Below, one piece after another: positions 47,724 through 56,452 of a stretch of 64,000 nucleotides of DNA. A program made the position numbers and the translations under genes. Position 1 is the first letter of the stretch. The number at the start of each line of letters is the position of its first letter. The notes beneath the pieces are model-generated. The model saw only the letters and a program-made list of their open reading frames with translations, did no database searches and was not told the DNA's origin. Origin of the DNA: an uncultured virus (IMG/VR IMGVR_UViG_3300030110_001396) (Duplodnaviria; Heunggongvirae; Uroviricota; Caudoviricetes); the IMG/VR virus record IMGVR_UViG_3300030110_001396. One strand, 5' to 3'.

Positions 47724-48512
47724 ATGGCAGAAAATAAAAATGAAGTAGCTGAAACTAAAGCTACAGCGATAAGTACGTTCGATGATAATTTATTATCGGG
47801 CGGTACAGGACTAGAAGAAACTACAACTGAGGATTTTGCAATCCCCTTTATAAGAGTTCTTCAACCTATGTCACCACAACTACAAAAACAACACGGTAGT
47901 TATGTACAAGGTGCGAGTGCAGGTGATCTGTACAACACCGTTACAGGTGAAGCCCACGATGGAGAAAAAGGAATATTAATTGTTCCGTGTGCTTATAATA
48001 AAAAGTACATCGAATGGATTCCTAGAGAGAAAGGCGGTGGTTTAGTAAACGCTAACCATGACATTTCTATCTTATCTAAATGTACTAAAGATCCTGAAAC
48101 TAGACGGTCATACACACCAGACGGTAATGAGATTGTAGAAACTGCACAGTTTTTCGTTTTAGTATTAGATGATAATGCTCCACAACAAGCGGTAGTAACT
48201 TTTACTTCTACACAGTTAGGAGTGGCTAGAAAATGGTTAACCATGTTAAGAATGGCTAGAGTAGAAAATAGCAAAGGTGAGTCTGTAGAAGCACCAATGT
48301 TTGCTTATACGTATAGACTTACTACAACTACACAATCTAATGATAAAGGTAGTTGGAATGGATATTCTGTTAACCAAGAAGGGGCTACAGAGATGCCTAT
48401 TGCGATGATGGCTAAAGACTTTATGTCTGCGGCTAGAGCAGGAGACGTTCAAGTTAAAGAGGAACATCAAAGAGATGACGTAAAAGATACTACGTTTGAC
48501 GACGCAATCTAA
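47724..48512 (+). CDS. Putative single-stranded DNA-binding protein
   Basis: IPFIRVLQ..SPQ, NDKGSW, acidic C-terminal tail (FDDAI); sits before the primase. Confidence 0.6.
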   Translation: MAENKNEVAETKATAISTFDDNLLSGGTGLEETTTEDFAIPFIRVLQPMSPQLQKQHGSYVQGASAGDLYNTVTGEAHDGEKGILIVPCAYNKKYIEWIPREKGGGLVNANHDISILSKCTKDPETRRSYTPDGNEIVETAQFFVLVLDDNAPQQAVVTFTSTQLGVARKWLTMLRMARVENSKGESVEAPMFAYTYRLTTTTQSNDKGSWNGYSVNQEGATEMPIAMMAKDFMSAARAGDVQVKEEHQRDDVKDTTFDDAI

Positions 48513-48526
48513 CAAGGAGGGGTTTT

Positions 48527-50050
48527 ATGTCGTTAGCAGAGAAATTTGCTACACGCTATGCTGGATTGCGGAAAGCTTACGGTACGTTTACCGCAAGTGA
48601 TGAAACTCGAGAGGATGGCAAGGCAAGTGGTAAAAACATCACCATATCTAAGGAGTTATCTGATACAGATCTTCTGAAGCTGTGGGATGATCACTTGTCA
48701 GGTCATCAAAGCGTAGGGATTGTAGCGATAGATGAAAACAATAGTTGTGTATGGGGAGCGATCGATGTTGATGAGTATCAACTAGATTTAAAAGACCTCT
48801 CTAAGAAACTAGCTAAACAAGAATTACCTCTAATACTTTGTCGAAGTAAAAGCGGAGGAGCACATATTTATATCTTCCTACAAGAACCTGTTGCGGCTTC
48901 GATGCTACAACGAAAGCTTAGACAATTAGCCGCGGCAATCGGCTATGGTCAAGCAGAGATATTTCCTAAACAAACACAACTGTTATTAGAACGTGGTGAT
49001 AGAGGTAGCACGTTAAATATGCCTTACTTCGGAGGAGAGAACTCAACACGTTATGCTTACGGTAGAGACGGTGGAGCGTTAACTCCAGAAGAGTTCCTTA
49101 ACTTCGCATCTGAACTAGCCTTAACTCCAAACGAGTTGGAAAAATTAGAAGCCAGTCCATTAAACGAAGCTATTGATTGGTTAGATCAATCACCCCCCTG
49201 TATACAACATTTAATCGTACAGGGGTTTCCTAAAGGTACACGTAATTCAGGATTGTTTAACGTAGGCGTATTCCTTAGAAAGAAATTTCCTGACGATTGG
49301 GAAAAAAGATTAGAGGATGTAAATATAAAATATATGCAACCACCGTTAGGAGCACAAGAAGTGTTGACCGTGGGTAAGCAAGTACAACGTAAAGATTACT
49401 TTTATAAATGTAATGATCAGCCAATAGCTAGTCATTGTAATAGTCCTTTATGTAGAACACGTAAATATGGGATTGGTGCTAATGGCGGTACACCGTTATT
49501 TAGTAATTTAACTAAACAAGATAGTGAACCACCGATTTGGTTCCTGGATGTAGAAGGTGGCAGGTTAGAATTAGAGACCGATGATTTACTAAATCAAAAC
49601 AGATTTCAAAGAAAGTGTATGGATGCTCTAAATAAGATACCTCAGAAGGTTAAGGAAAACGTCTGGAGACAGATCATCCAGCAGCTCCTAGACGCGTTAA
49701 CCGTGGTCGAAGTTCCTAAAGAAAGTTCCACAGAAGGGCACTTTTTAGAACTATTAGAGAATTTTTGTACAGAACGACCTGCGAGAGAACGTGATGAGCT
49801 TTTATTACATAAACCATGGACAGATAATGGTAAAACCTATTTTCGACTTGGTGATTTAATGGAATATTTACATCGACATAACTTTAAAGATTACCAAAGA
49901 AACAATTTAACATCTAAACTAAAACAACTACATGGAGAACCACATTTCTTTAACATAAAAGGACGAGGGGTAAACGTTTGGTATATAGAAGAATTTAAAG
50001 CTCAAGACGAACCACATGATTTACCAGAATTTAACGATAACTTATTATGA
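48527..50050 (+). CDS. Primase (AEP/primase-polymerase superfamily)
   Basis: WGAIDVD, RSKSGGAHIY, EIFPKQ and LNMPY; C-terminal PPC...RN and Cys cluster. Confidence 0.75.
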   Translation: MSLAEKFATRYAGLRKAYGTFTASDETREDGKASGKNITISKELSDTDLLKLWDDHLSGHQSVGIVAIDENNSCVWGAIDVDEYQLDLKDLSKKLAKQELPLILCRSKSGGAHIYIFLQEPVAASMLQRKLRQLAAAIGYGQAEIFPKQTQLLLERGDRGSTLNMPYFGGENSTRYAYGRDGGALTPEEFLNFASELALTPNELEKLEASPLNEAIDWLDQSPPCIQHLIVQGFPKGTRNSGLFNVGVFLRKKFPDDWEKRLEDVNIKYMQPPLGAQEVLTVGKQVQRKDYFYKCNDQPIASHCNSPLCRTRKYGIGANGGTPLFSNLTKQDSEPPIWFLDVEGGRLELETDDLLNQNRFQRKCMDALNKIPQKVKENVWRQIIQQLLDALTVVEVPKESSTEGHFLELLENFCTERPARERDELLLHKPWTDNGKTYFRLGDLMEYLHRHNFKDYQRNNLTSKLKQLHGEPHFFNIKGRGVNVWYIEEFKAQDEPHDLPEFNDNLL

Positions 50051-50640
50051 TTAAACACATCAAACATATATTTGCAGAGTTTGAGCACGGGATAGATAAG
50101 TGGGACGATCCTCGTGAACGTATGTTCGAAGGTACGATGGTTAAAGGTCGACCGACTCGTGGGTTTGGTGATTCAACTTTTAATTACGCAGGTAAAGTAT
50201 ATGAACCTGAACCATGGTCGCATGAAATAAAATTAATAAAAATTGCGGCAGAAAAAATAGCAAGTAAAGAATTTAAACGAGATATTGAATTTACTTTTTG
50301 TTTATGTGGTTATTATTCAGATCAAGGAGAAGGTATACCACACCATAGCGACACAGTTCCTACATTAGATGACGTAGTATTTTCTATTAGTTTTGGTGCA
50401 CCTAGAGTATTTGAATGGACGACATATGCACACCACATAAAACAAGATACAAATACAAGTGATACTGATTTACACATTTCTCCAAGAAGTAATTCACCTA
50501 TGGGGACGAGTTGGTATTTATTAGAACATGGCGATGCGATTATGTTTAATGGTAGTAGTCAGATGACTTCTACCCATGCGATTCCTGAGTTATTAGGTGC
50601 AGGAGAAAGAATTAATTTAACGTTTAGAAGTGGTTTATGA
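50047..50640 (+). CDS. alkB: AlkB-family 2OG-Fe(II) dioxygenase
   Basis: YY...HHSD...SISFGAPRVF...LEHGD...THAIP...RINLTFR. Confidence 0.85.
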   Translation: MIKHIKHIFAEFEHGIDKWDDPRERMFEGTMVKGRPTRGFGDSTFNYAGKVYEPEPWSHEIKLIKIAAEKIASKEFKRDIEFTFCLCGYYSDQGEGIPHHSDTVPTLDDVVFSISFGAPRVFEWTTYAHHIKQDTNTSDTDLHISPRSNSPMGTSWYLLEHGDAIMFNGSSQMTSTHAIPELLGAGERINLTFRSGL

Positions 50641-52133
50641 CCTTACCTAGCCATACGCAAGTGATCCTTGGACCTCCAGGAACAGGGAAAACCAGCACAC
50701 TCCTTGGCTTAATCGAAGACGAATTAGAAAACGGTACTGAACCTGAGCGTATTGGGTTCTTCACGTTTACTAAAAAAGCAGTAAACGAAGGTAAAGAAAG
50801 AGCGATGAATCGTTTTAGTATCACTAATAAACAACTGCCATTTTTCCGTACTCTACATTCATTGGCTTTTAGACAACTAGGACTTACTAGAGAAAGCGTG
50901 GTAAGTAATTCAGACATATCTGATTTAAACGAAAAACTTAATCTAAAACTTACGGGCAGGACAACTTCCGATGACGGTCATTTATTCGGTATGACCCATG
51001 ATGATCGTTTAGCGTTTATAGAAAACTTAGCTAGGATGAGAGATGTACCACTAAAAGAACAATGGCACGAGGTTGAAGACGCAGTAGGGTGGTTCGAGCT
51101 AGAACGTTTTGCTCGAGGATTGAAGTTATTTAAAGAAGATCGGTTGCTTGTTGATTATACAGATATGTTACAAAACTTTTTAGTTGACGGTGATATACCT
51201 GTATTAGATGTTATGTTCGTAGACGAAGCACAAGACCTTTCGCCTTTGCAGTGGGCGGTGGTACGTAAGTTAGCAGAAAAAGCCAAAAAGATTTACGTAG
51301 CAGGTGATGATGACCAAGCGATCTATCGTTGGGCGGGAGCAGATGTTGAATATTTGATAAAAAATTCTACAGACGCTATGGTACTAAAACAATCGTATCG
51401 AGTACCTTCTTCTGTACATAAAGTTGCTAGTCAATGTATAGGTCAAGTTGGTTCGCGTATTTATAAAGAATGGAAGCCTAGAACAGACGAAGGTTTGGTG
51501 CGTTGGGAAGCTACAATAGAACAGGTGAATATGGATCAAGGTGATTGGTTAGTATTAGCTAGAACAAATTATTTATTAGAAAGTGTTGATGAGTATTGTA
51601 GAAACGAAGGGTGGTTCTTCGAAGTCAAAAGTCGACCGTCTATCTCAGAAGCAAAAGTTAGAGCTGTTATCTATTGGGAACGATTACGTAAAGGTCAAAC
51701 AGTAACCTTGGCTGAATGTGCAAATATTTTAAAATATATCAAAGTTAAAACACCTAAAAAACTCGATTTATTAGATACTGATTTAGTTTTACAGTACGAA
51801 GATCTCAAAAGTCATCTACCCGACTTGCCTGATGGTCATTGGTACGATGTTTTTACATTATTAAGTCCTAAAGAAATTAGTTATATACGAGCCATGTTGC
51901 GTAGAGGAGAAAAGATTACTAAACAACCACGTATTCGATTATCTACGATTCATGCGGCTAAAGGTGGAGAAGCTACTAATGTTGTACTACTTACTGATAT
52001 AACGACAAGAGTTTATAAAAACTACCAACAAAACCCTGATGAGGAAAATAGAGTATTCTATGTAGGTATTACAAGAACAAAAGAAAACTTGTATTTAATA
52101 GAGCCTAAAACAACAAAATGCTATCAAATGTGA
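50637..52133 (+). CDS. UvrD/Rep-like SF1 helicase
   Basis: GPPGTGKT, VDEAQD, GDDDQAIY.W.GA, QSYR, TIHAAKGGEA and YVGITR. Confidence 0.92.
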   Translation: MTLPSHTQVILGPPGTGKTSTLLGLIEDELENGTEPERIGFFTFTKKAVNEGKERAMNRFSITNKQLPFFRTLHSLAFRQLGLTRESVVSNSDISDLNEKLNLKLTGRTTSDDGHLFGMTHDDRLAFIENLARMRDVPLKEQWHEVEDAVGWFELERFARGLKLFKEDRLLVDYTDMLQNFLVDGDIPVLDVMFVDEAQDLSPLQWAVVRKLAEKAKKIYVAGDDDQAIYRWAGADVEYLIKNSTDAMVLKQSYRVPSSVHKVASQCIGQVGSRIYKEWKPRTDEGLVRWEATIEQVNMDQGDWLVLARTNYLLESVDEYCRNEGWFFEVKSRPSISEAKVRAVIYWERLRKGQTVTLAECANILKYIKVKTPKKLDLLDTDLVLQYEDLKSHLPDLPDGHWYDVFTLLSPKEISYIRAMLRRGEKITKQPRIRLSTIHAAKGGEATNVVLLTDITTRVYKNYQQNPDEENRVFYVGITRTKENLYLIEPKTTKCYQM

Positions 52134-52134
52134 A

Positions 52135-52169
52135 AGTGCTTTACTTTGCACATAAAAGTAAAGTATAAA
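52135..52169 (+). promoter_or_regulatory. Promoter of the DNA-modification operon, overlapping a dyad
   Basis: AGTGCTTTACTTT...TATAAA; CTTTACTTT/AAAGTAAAG inverted repeat at 52139-52163. Confidence 0.6.
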
Positions 52170-52205
52170 GGTACTTAGATTTATGTTTAAAGAAAGGAGA
52201 AAATT

Positions 52206-52688
52206 ATGAACATATTTTATTTTAACAAAGATCCTGTGATTGCGGCTAAGTCGCAACCAGATAAAATGCTAGTGAAGATGCCATTAGAAACAGCACAGAT
52301 GCTATGTACAGCTCACCGTTTATTAGACGGAGACGAATATGCAGATAGTGTGGGGTTATATAAGAAAGCTTATATGAACCATCCCTGTACGATCTGGGCT
52401 AGAGAATGTAGTGGTAACTATTATTGGCTTTATAAACATTTTATAGCGTTAGGTAACGAATATTCATACCGTTATCAACGAACTCATGCAAGTCTTGCTA
52501 AATTGTCAGACGCCTTATATGTAATGCCTAAAAACATTACTCGAGGTCTTATGACACCTGTTGCTCAAGCAATGCCTGACGAATATAAAAACGAGGACTC
52601 TGTTCTAGCTTATCGTAATTACGTTATTAACGAGAAACATTACGCTAAGTGGGAAAAGGGTAGAACTAAACCAAGTTGGTGGAGGTAA
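52206..52688 (+). CDS. Pyrimidine-dimer DNA glycosylase-like protein (DenV/endonuclease V family)
   Basis: MNIF...DK..VKMPLETAQML...NHPCTIW...EY..RY..TH...AYRNY. Confidence 0.7.
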   Translation: MNIFYFNKDPVIAAKSQPDKMLVKMPLETAQMLCTAHRLLDGDEYADSVGLYKKAYMNHPCTIWARECSGNYYWLYKHFIALGNEYSYRYQRTHASLAKLSDALYVMPKNITRGLMTPVAQAMPDEYKNEDSVLAYRNYVINEKHYAKWEKGRTKPSWWR

Positions 52689-52693
52689 ATTAA

Positions 52694-53536
52694 ATGTCAT
52701 CAATAAGAAAGAAACTTACTGTTAATGAAAACGACAGTAAAAATACTAGAATGGATATCGCTAGTGCAGGTGTATTAGCAAACTGGAGACCTGATGAACT
52801 TGCTCATATAAGTCGGTTTGATAAAATCGCTTCTATGTGTATCGCTGAAGCTAAACGATTAGGACGACCACTCGATACGTTTGAAGTTGGTTGTGGTGAG
52901 TGTTGGACGCTTAGAAATCTATATAAAGCTTATGTTGTAAAGAAATCAGATATTATCAGATCGTATTACGGTTACGATATTGATCCCGCTTGTGAATTAG
53001 AAAATCCTTTTTGGTCTAATGCAGGTGGAGAGTTAGCTGATTCTACATGGTTTCAGAACTTTAACGGTGAAATACGTATACAAGATTTAACTGTTGATCC
53101 TGTATTTAAACTAGAAGATGAAAGCGTAGATTTTTTCTGGACGACCGAAGTTATTGAACATATGGGTAGAGAGTTTATTGGTGCATGGTTAGATGATGCA
53201 ACTAGGGTTATACGACCGAATGGTTTAGCTTTTGTATCTACTCCTAACCACGACGGTTCTAACGACAAACTTCCCGAAGATCATATTTACGAGTGGGGTT
53301 TCCAAGAACTAAAAGAAGAACTAGAAAGAAACTTCGAGATAGTAGACGTTACAGGAACGTTTATACAATTACCTAATTTAAAGAAAGCGATGAAAGAAGA
53401 TTCTGAAACAGGATGGACTCCTCAGCAGTTTGAAAAATTACAAAACAGATACGGTAGACAGTTTTTACGAGTTGTTGCCGCTACGTTTTATCCTGAAGTC
53501 GCTAATAACTGTTCTTGGGTGTTACGTAAAAAGTAA
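52694..53536 (+). CDS. Class I SAM-dependent methyltransferase (small-molecule/UbiG-like type)
   Basis: FEVGCG motif I, YGYDID, EVIEH, VIRPNG..FVSTPN and HIYEW. Confidence 0.85.
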   Translation: MSSIRKKLTVNENDSKNTRMDIASAGVLANWRPDELAHISRFDKIASMCIAEAKRLGRPLDTFEVGCGECWTLRNLYKAYVVKKSDIIRSYYGYDIDPACELENPFWSNAGGELADSTWFQNFNGEIRIQDLTVDPVFKLEDESVDFFWTTEVIEHMGREFIGAWLDDATRVIRPNGLAFVSTPNHDGSNDKLPEDHIYEWGFQELKEELERNFEIVDVTGTFIQLPNLKKAMKEDSETGWTPQQFEKLQNRYGRQFLRVVAATFYPEVANNCSWVLRKK

Positions 53537-54465
53537 TGACTGAGTTTATTCCCGCAGAGTTGGATCGTTATTGCTATTGGCAAACTGAACGTGAGTCGAT
53601 ACGCATTAAAAAAGAATCTGCAGTTCTTTCCCCTCCCTGGACTGACGATCCAATTTTGCAGGAGTTTAAGTTCTGCCAAGTGTTTAGAGAGGATGATCGT
53701 ACAACACGTTGGTTTAGAACACATATAAGAGAGCCTATGCGAAACGAAGAAGACGTTCTTATGGCTACGATTATATTCCGTTGGTTTAATTTAATAGAAA
53801 CAGGGAGAACTTTAATCGATCATGATTTATTACGTAAATGGAATAGAAAGAAAGCTATTTATGAAATAACTAAACAACCTAAATGGATCACGGGTGCTTA
53901 CATTATTAAGACACCAAACGGTATGGATAAAGTAACAGGTGTGTCTGAATGTATTTCACATATTTGGAAAGCTAAAGAATCTATCTTGTCTAGACTACAT
54001 GAAAGTTTAGCAAAAGGTGATTCTTCATTAGAAGCAACGTGGTTAATTCTTAGAGATTATCCATACATGGGTCCATTTATGGCGTACGAAGTTGTTACTG
54101 ATTTAAGACATACGTATTTGTTAGAAAACGCTAACGATATTATGACTTGGGCTAATGCAGGTCCAGGAGCTATGCGAGGACTCAATCGTCTTACAGGTAG
54201 ACCGTTAGATTATTGTCGTAAAAGCCATCCATGGTGTGAAGAAATGCAAGACTTATTTGAACAAGTAAAGAAAATATTAGCTCCTTCAATCATCTTTAGA
54301 AACGGGGCTAATTATGAAATGCGAGAGATCGAAGGCGGTTTATGTGAGTTTGATAAATACTCTCGAATATATAAAAACGAGGGAAGAACACGATCGGTGT
54401 ATAAACATAATGATCTTCCAATGATCGAAGATTTAAACATAACAGGAGAAAGTAGATATGGGTAG
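53536..54465 (+). CDS. 5-hmdU DNA kinase-like helical protein (aGPT-Pplase1 family)
   Basis: ERESIR..K.....PPWTDDPILQEFKFCQVFREDDRTT, FRWFN, GPFMAYEVVTDL, GPGAMRGL and EGGLCEFDKY. Confidence 0.8.
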   Translation: MTEFIPAELDRYCYWQTERESIRIKKESAVLSPPWTDDPILQEFKFCQVFREDDRTTRWFRTHIREPMRNEEDVLMATIIFRWFNLIETGRTLIDHDLLRKWNRKKAIYEITKQPKWITGAYIIKTPNGMDKVTGVSECISHIWKAKESILSRLHESLAKGDSSLEATWLILRDYPYMGPFMAYEVVTDLRHTYLLENANDIMTWANAGPGAMRGLNRLTGRPLDYCRKSHPWCEEMQDLFEQVKKILAPSIIFRNGANYEMREIEGGLCEFDKYSRIYKNEGRTRSVYKHNDLPMIEDLNITGESRYG

Positions 54466-54679
54466 GATGAGTGATAGAGCAATAGAGTTGTTAGAAGATT
54501 ATGGTGATGTAATAGATATACATTACACACAATTTTTAGAAGTTTCGTTCTTTTTAAAAGTAGCCGCAGATGAGCGACTTGCAATAGCTTTTATAAAAAG
54601 AAAACTTCCGATGTTAAGTCATGACGATATACGTTATGTGATTGGTGAAATTGTAGGAGGCTATCAAGATACTTTATGA
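54458..54679 (+). CDS. Small hypothetical protein in the modification operon
   Basis: 73 aa; overlaps both neighbours. Confidence 0.65.
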   Translation: MGRMSDRAIELLEDYGDVIDIHYTQFLEVSFFLKVAADERLAIAFIKRKLPMLSHDDIRYVIGEIVGGYQDTL

Positions 54680-55767
54680 AAGTAATTAATGTAAGAAACG
54701 TAAACGACGCGTTAGAAAGAGGTATCGATTTATTTCAAGACCCTACCGAATACAGGGTACAAGAAAGCCGCAATGGTATAACTTATGAAGCTAATACACC
54801 TGTAACTACGGTTTATGAAAAACCTTGGGAAAGAGTTTGTTTAATAAAACAAAGAGACGCTAATCCATTTTTTCATTTTATAGAAGGTTTATGGATGCTC
54901 GATGGTCGTAACGATCTAGAACCACTAACTTATTTTGTTAAGTCTATGGAAGACTTCTCAGACGACGGTGAAACTCTATGGGGGGCTTACGGTTGGCGAT
55001 GGAGAAGTTATTTTAATAAAGATCAAATAACAGCCATTATTGGTTTGTTAAAAGAAAACCCTTACGAAAGACGAGCAGTTCTACAGATGTGGGATCCGAA
55101 AGACGATCTAGCAAGAACTTGTAATAAAAAAGTTGAAAGAAAAGACGTACCCTGTAATACGAATATTTATTTTAAAGTACGTGATGGTAAGTTATGTATG
55201 ACTGTTTGTAATCGTTCTAACGATATGCTTTGGGGAGCTTATGGTGCGAACGTAGTTCATATGTCTATGTTACAAGAGTTCGTAGCTCATAACTTAAATT
55301 TACCGATGGGGGATTATACTCAAATTAGTGATAGTTTTCATATTTATCCAAACAACCCTGTATGGGAAAAAGTTAAAGATATAGAGTTGGATGTCTACAC
55401 TTATAAACATATAAAAAATCATTATGATCTAATCGATGAGTATGAACCTGTACCTATTGTTAACGATCTTGATTCTTTTAATAGAGAAGTACGATTCTTT
55501 TTCGATTATTTTGAAACTTTTAGATATAGCCCAAAAGAAATGTTAAAAAGAACAGATGATATTGAGTGGGATAATCGTATTTTTCCAGACGTAGCAATCC
55601 CTATGTTAAAAGCATTTTATTATCATAAAGAAAGAGATTATTTGAATTCGTATCGAGAAGTACAATCTATTAAGTCTCTCGATTGGATGGAGGCGTGTTT
55701 TGAGTGGATCCGCAAAAGAGACACCGCCTATACTTTAAACAATGCGGATATAGGAGAAAACAAATGA
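54676..55767 (+). CDS. Thymidylate-synthase homologue, probable dUMP hydroxymethylase
   Basis: RDANPFFH, GAYG.RWR, DVPCN (catalytic Cys), RSNDMLWGAYGAN (Asn indicates dUMP specificity) and SFHIY. Confidence 0.8.
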   Translation: MKVINVRNVNDALERGIDLFQDPTEYRVQESRNGITYEANTPVTTVYEKPWERVCLIKQRDANPFFHFIEGLWMLDGRNDLEPLTYFVKSMEDFSDDGETLWGAYGWRWRSYFNKDQITAIIGLLKENPYERRAVLQMWDPKDDLARTCNKKVERKDVPCNTNIYFKVRDGKLCMTVCNRSNDMLWGAYGANVVHMSMLQEFVAHNLNLPMGDYTQISDSFHIYPNNPVWEKVKDIELDVYTYKHIKNHYDLIDEYEPVPIVNDLDSFNREVRFFFDYFETFRYSPKEMLKRTDDIEWDNRIFPDVAIPMLKAFYYHKERDYLNSYREVQSIKSLDWMEACFEWIRKRDTAYTLNNADIGENK

Positions 55768-56111
55768 GTAAATGGGAAAATATGAAACAAGTTGCCCAAA
55801 ACGATCTTGAAGCTCTTAAACGAGCAGAGACTTCGTACGGTGATTCTTGGAGACGTCGTGGAGGTGTTGGTGCTTTTATGATGTTGGCACGTAAGTTCGA
55901 TCGTATAGAACACCAGTCTGAAAAGCACGGGTGGGATGTATTTGAGGCAGGTGAAGTCTACAAAGGCGAAGCAGGTCTACTCGATGATATTCGAGACTTA
56001 CGTAGATATTTATTATTAGTTGAAGAATACATTTTAGCTAATACTAATGAAGTTAGCGTTGAAGCTGACGATGTTAATTATGCCGCAGAAGACGGCAAGG
56101 AGGATTATTAA
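55764..56111 (+). CDS. Nucleotide-modification-associated domain (DUF1599/Nmad1-like), possible all-alpha dNTP pyrophosphatase
   Basis: SYGDSWRRRG...RKFDRIE...DDIRDLRRYLLL; AGGAG SD supports start at 55764. Confidence 0.6.
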   Translation: MSKWENMKQVAQNDLEALKRAETSYGDSWRRRGGVGAFMMLARKFDRIEHQSEKHGWDVFEAGEVYKGEAGLLDDIRDLRRYLLLVEEYILANTNEVSVEADDVNYAAEDGKEDY

Positions 56112-56452
56112 TGAGTAAGGTAGATAGTTGGTGGACAAAAGTTGTTAGATTTTTTACACCTTTACCAAAAGAAGAACTACAACCTAAGAAAGTTGAAAAG
56201 GAAGAAGTTCTAGAAAAAGCAATCAAAGACGCTGAAGTTGTTTTAAAGAAATTTGATGACGAACTTAAAGCAGGGAACATCTATGAAGCTGTAAAGAAAG
56301 CACCTAAACGAGCTAGAACCAAAAAGGGAACATATAAGGCAGACGATAAGTCTACTCCAGATGTTAACGAAGCTTGGGTAGGTGGAAAAGCTCCTGCAAA
56401 AAAGCCAAAAGCTAAGAAAACTAAAGTCACGAGGATTAAAAAGAAGAAGTGA
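56111..56452 (+). CDS. Lys-rich hypothetical protein
   Basis: RARTKKGTYKADDKSTPDVNEAW motif. Confidence 0.7.
   Translation: MSKVDSWWTKVVRFFTPLPKEELQPKKVEKEEVLEKAIKDAEVVLKKFDDELKAGNIYEAVKKAPKRARTKKGTYKADDKSTPDVNEAWVGGKAPAKKPKAKKTKVTRIKKKK

Noticed and set aside
52694..53536. Conventional DNA adenine or cytosine methyltransferase
   Set aside because: No (D/N)PPY or PC catalytic motif; motifs match small-molecule class I methyltransferases.
54676..55767. Ordinary thyA or dCMP hydroxymethylase
   Set aside because: Divergent from ThyA and adjacent to a hmdU-kinase-like gene; it has Asn rather than Asp at the specificity position. Canonical TS activity is not fully excluded.
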